Assembly (NCBI GenBank): GCA_036785375.1
Contig: JAWMAR010000103.1
Coordinates: 4,030,001 to 4,094,000, forward strand
DNA length: 64,000 nucleotides
DNA from: Leucoraja ocellata
Taxonomy: Eukaryota
Direction of reading: 5' to 3'
Part shown: positions 63,917 through 64,000 of the stretch, piece after piece
Position numbering within the stretch: the stretch's first letter is position 1
Layout of the letters: the number at the start of each line of letters is the position of its first letter
Notes under the pieces: generated by a model
Database searches by the model: none
Seen by the model: the letters and a program-made list of their open reading frames with translations, nothing else
Told to the model about the DNA's origin: nothing
Translations under genes and position numbers: made by a program

Positions 63917-64000
63917 TTGGCTGTTCCATGGTTGCTTATCACCTTGCAATTTTTACCCCATCCATACCTTGCTAAATGGGCAATATCTGGGAACCATTAT

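Noticed and set aside
1-64000. CRISPR array, operon or prokaryotic defence system
   Set aside because: The sequence is eukaryotic; recurring motifs are dispersed TE parts, not regularly spaced repeat-spacer units.

Overview
AT-rich, repeat-dense vertebrate intronic or intergenic DNA. It is most likely from a cartilaginous fish (skate or ray), inferred from HE1/V-SINE-like SINEs, CR1 tails and Penelope-type repeats. No host protein-coding exon is convincingly supported; all long ORFs belong to mobile elements. These are: a young 5'-truncated L1 with a 62-bp target-site duplication; a CR1 ORF2 nested in an internally deleted endogenous retrovirus (LTR, tRNA-Pro PBS, gag MA and protease remnants); Rex1/Babar, L2, Penelope (GIY-YIG) and DIRS (tyrosine recombinase) fragments; Tigger-like and Harbinger-like MITEs; and about 13 tRNA-derived SINEs. 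The most striking signal is RNA-structural. Two different ~165-bp TSD-flanked retroposons with Vingi/Ingi-like GAA tails each begin at the first base of an HDV-like ribozyme fold (19073+ and 37953-), and both resemble the mammalian CPEB3 ribozyme. A family of short, often palindromic, TSD-flanked Penelope-derived elements carries minimal hammerhead ribozyme cores. Boundaries of degenerate repeats are approximate, and family names come from recalled motifs, not database searches.
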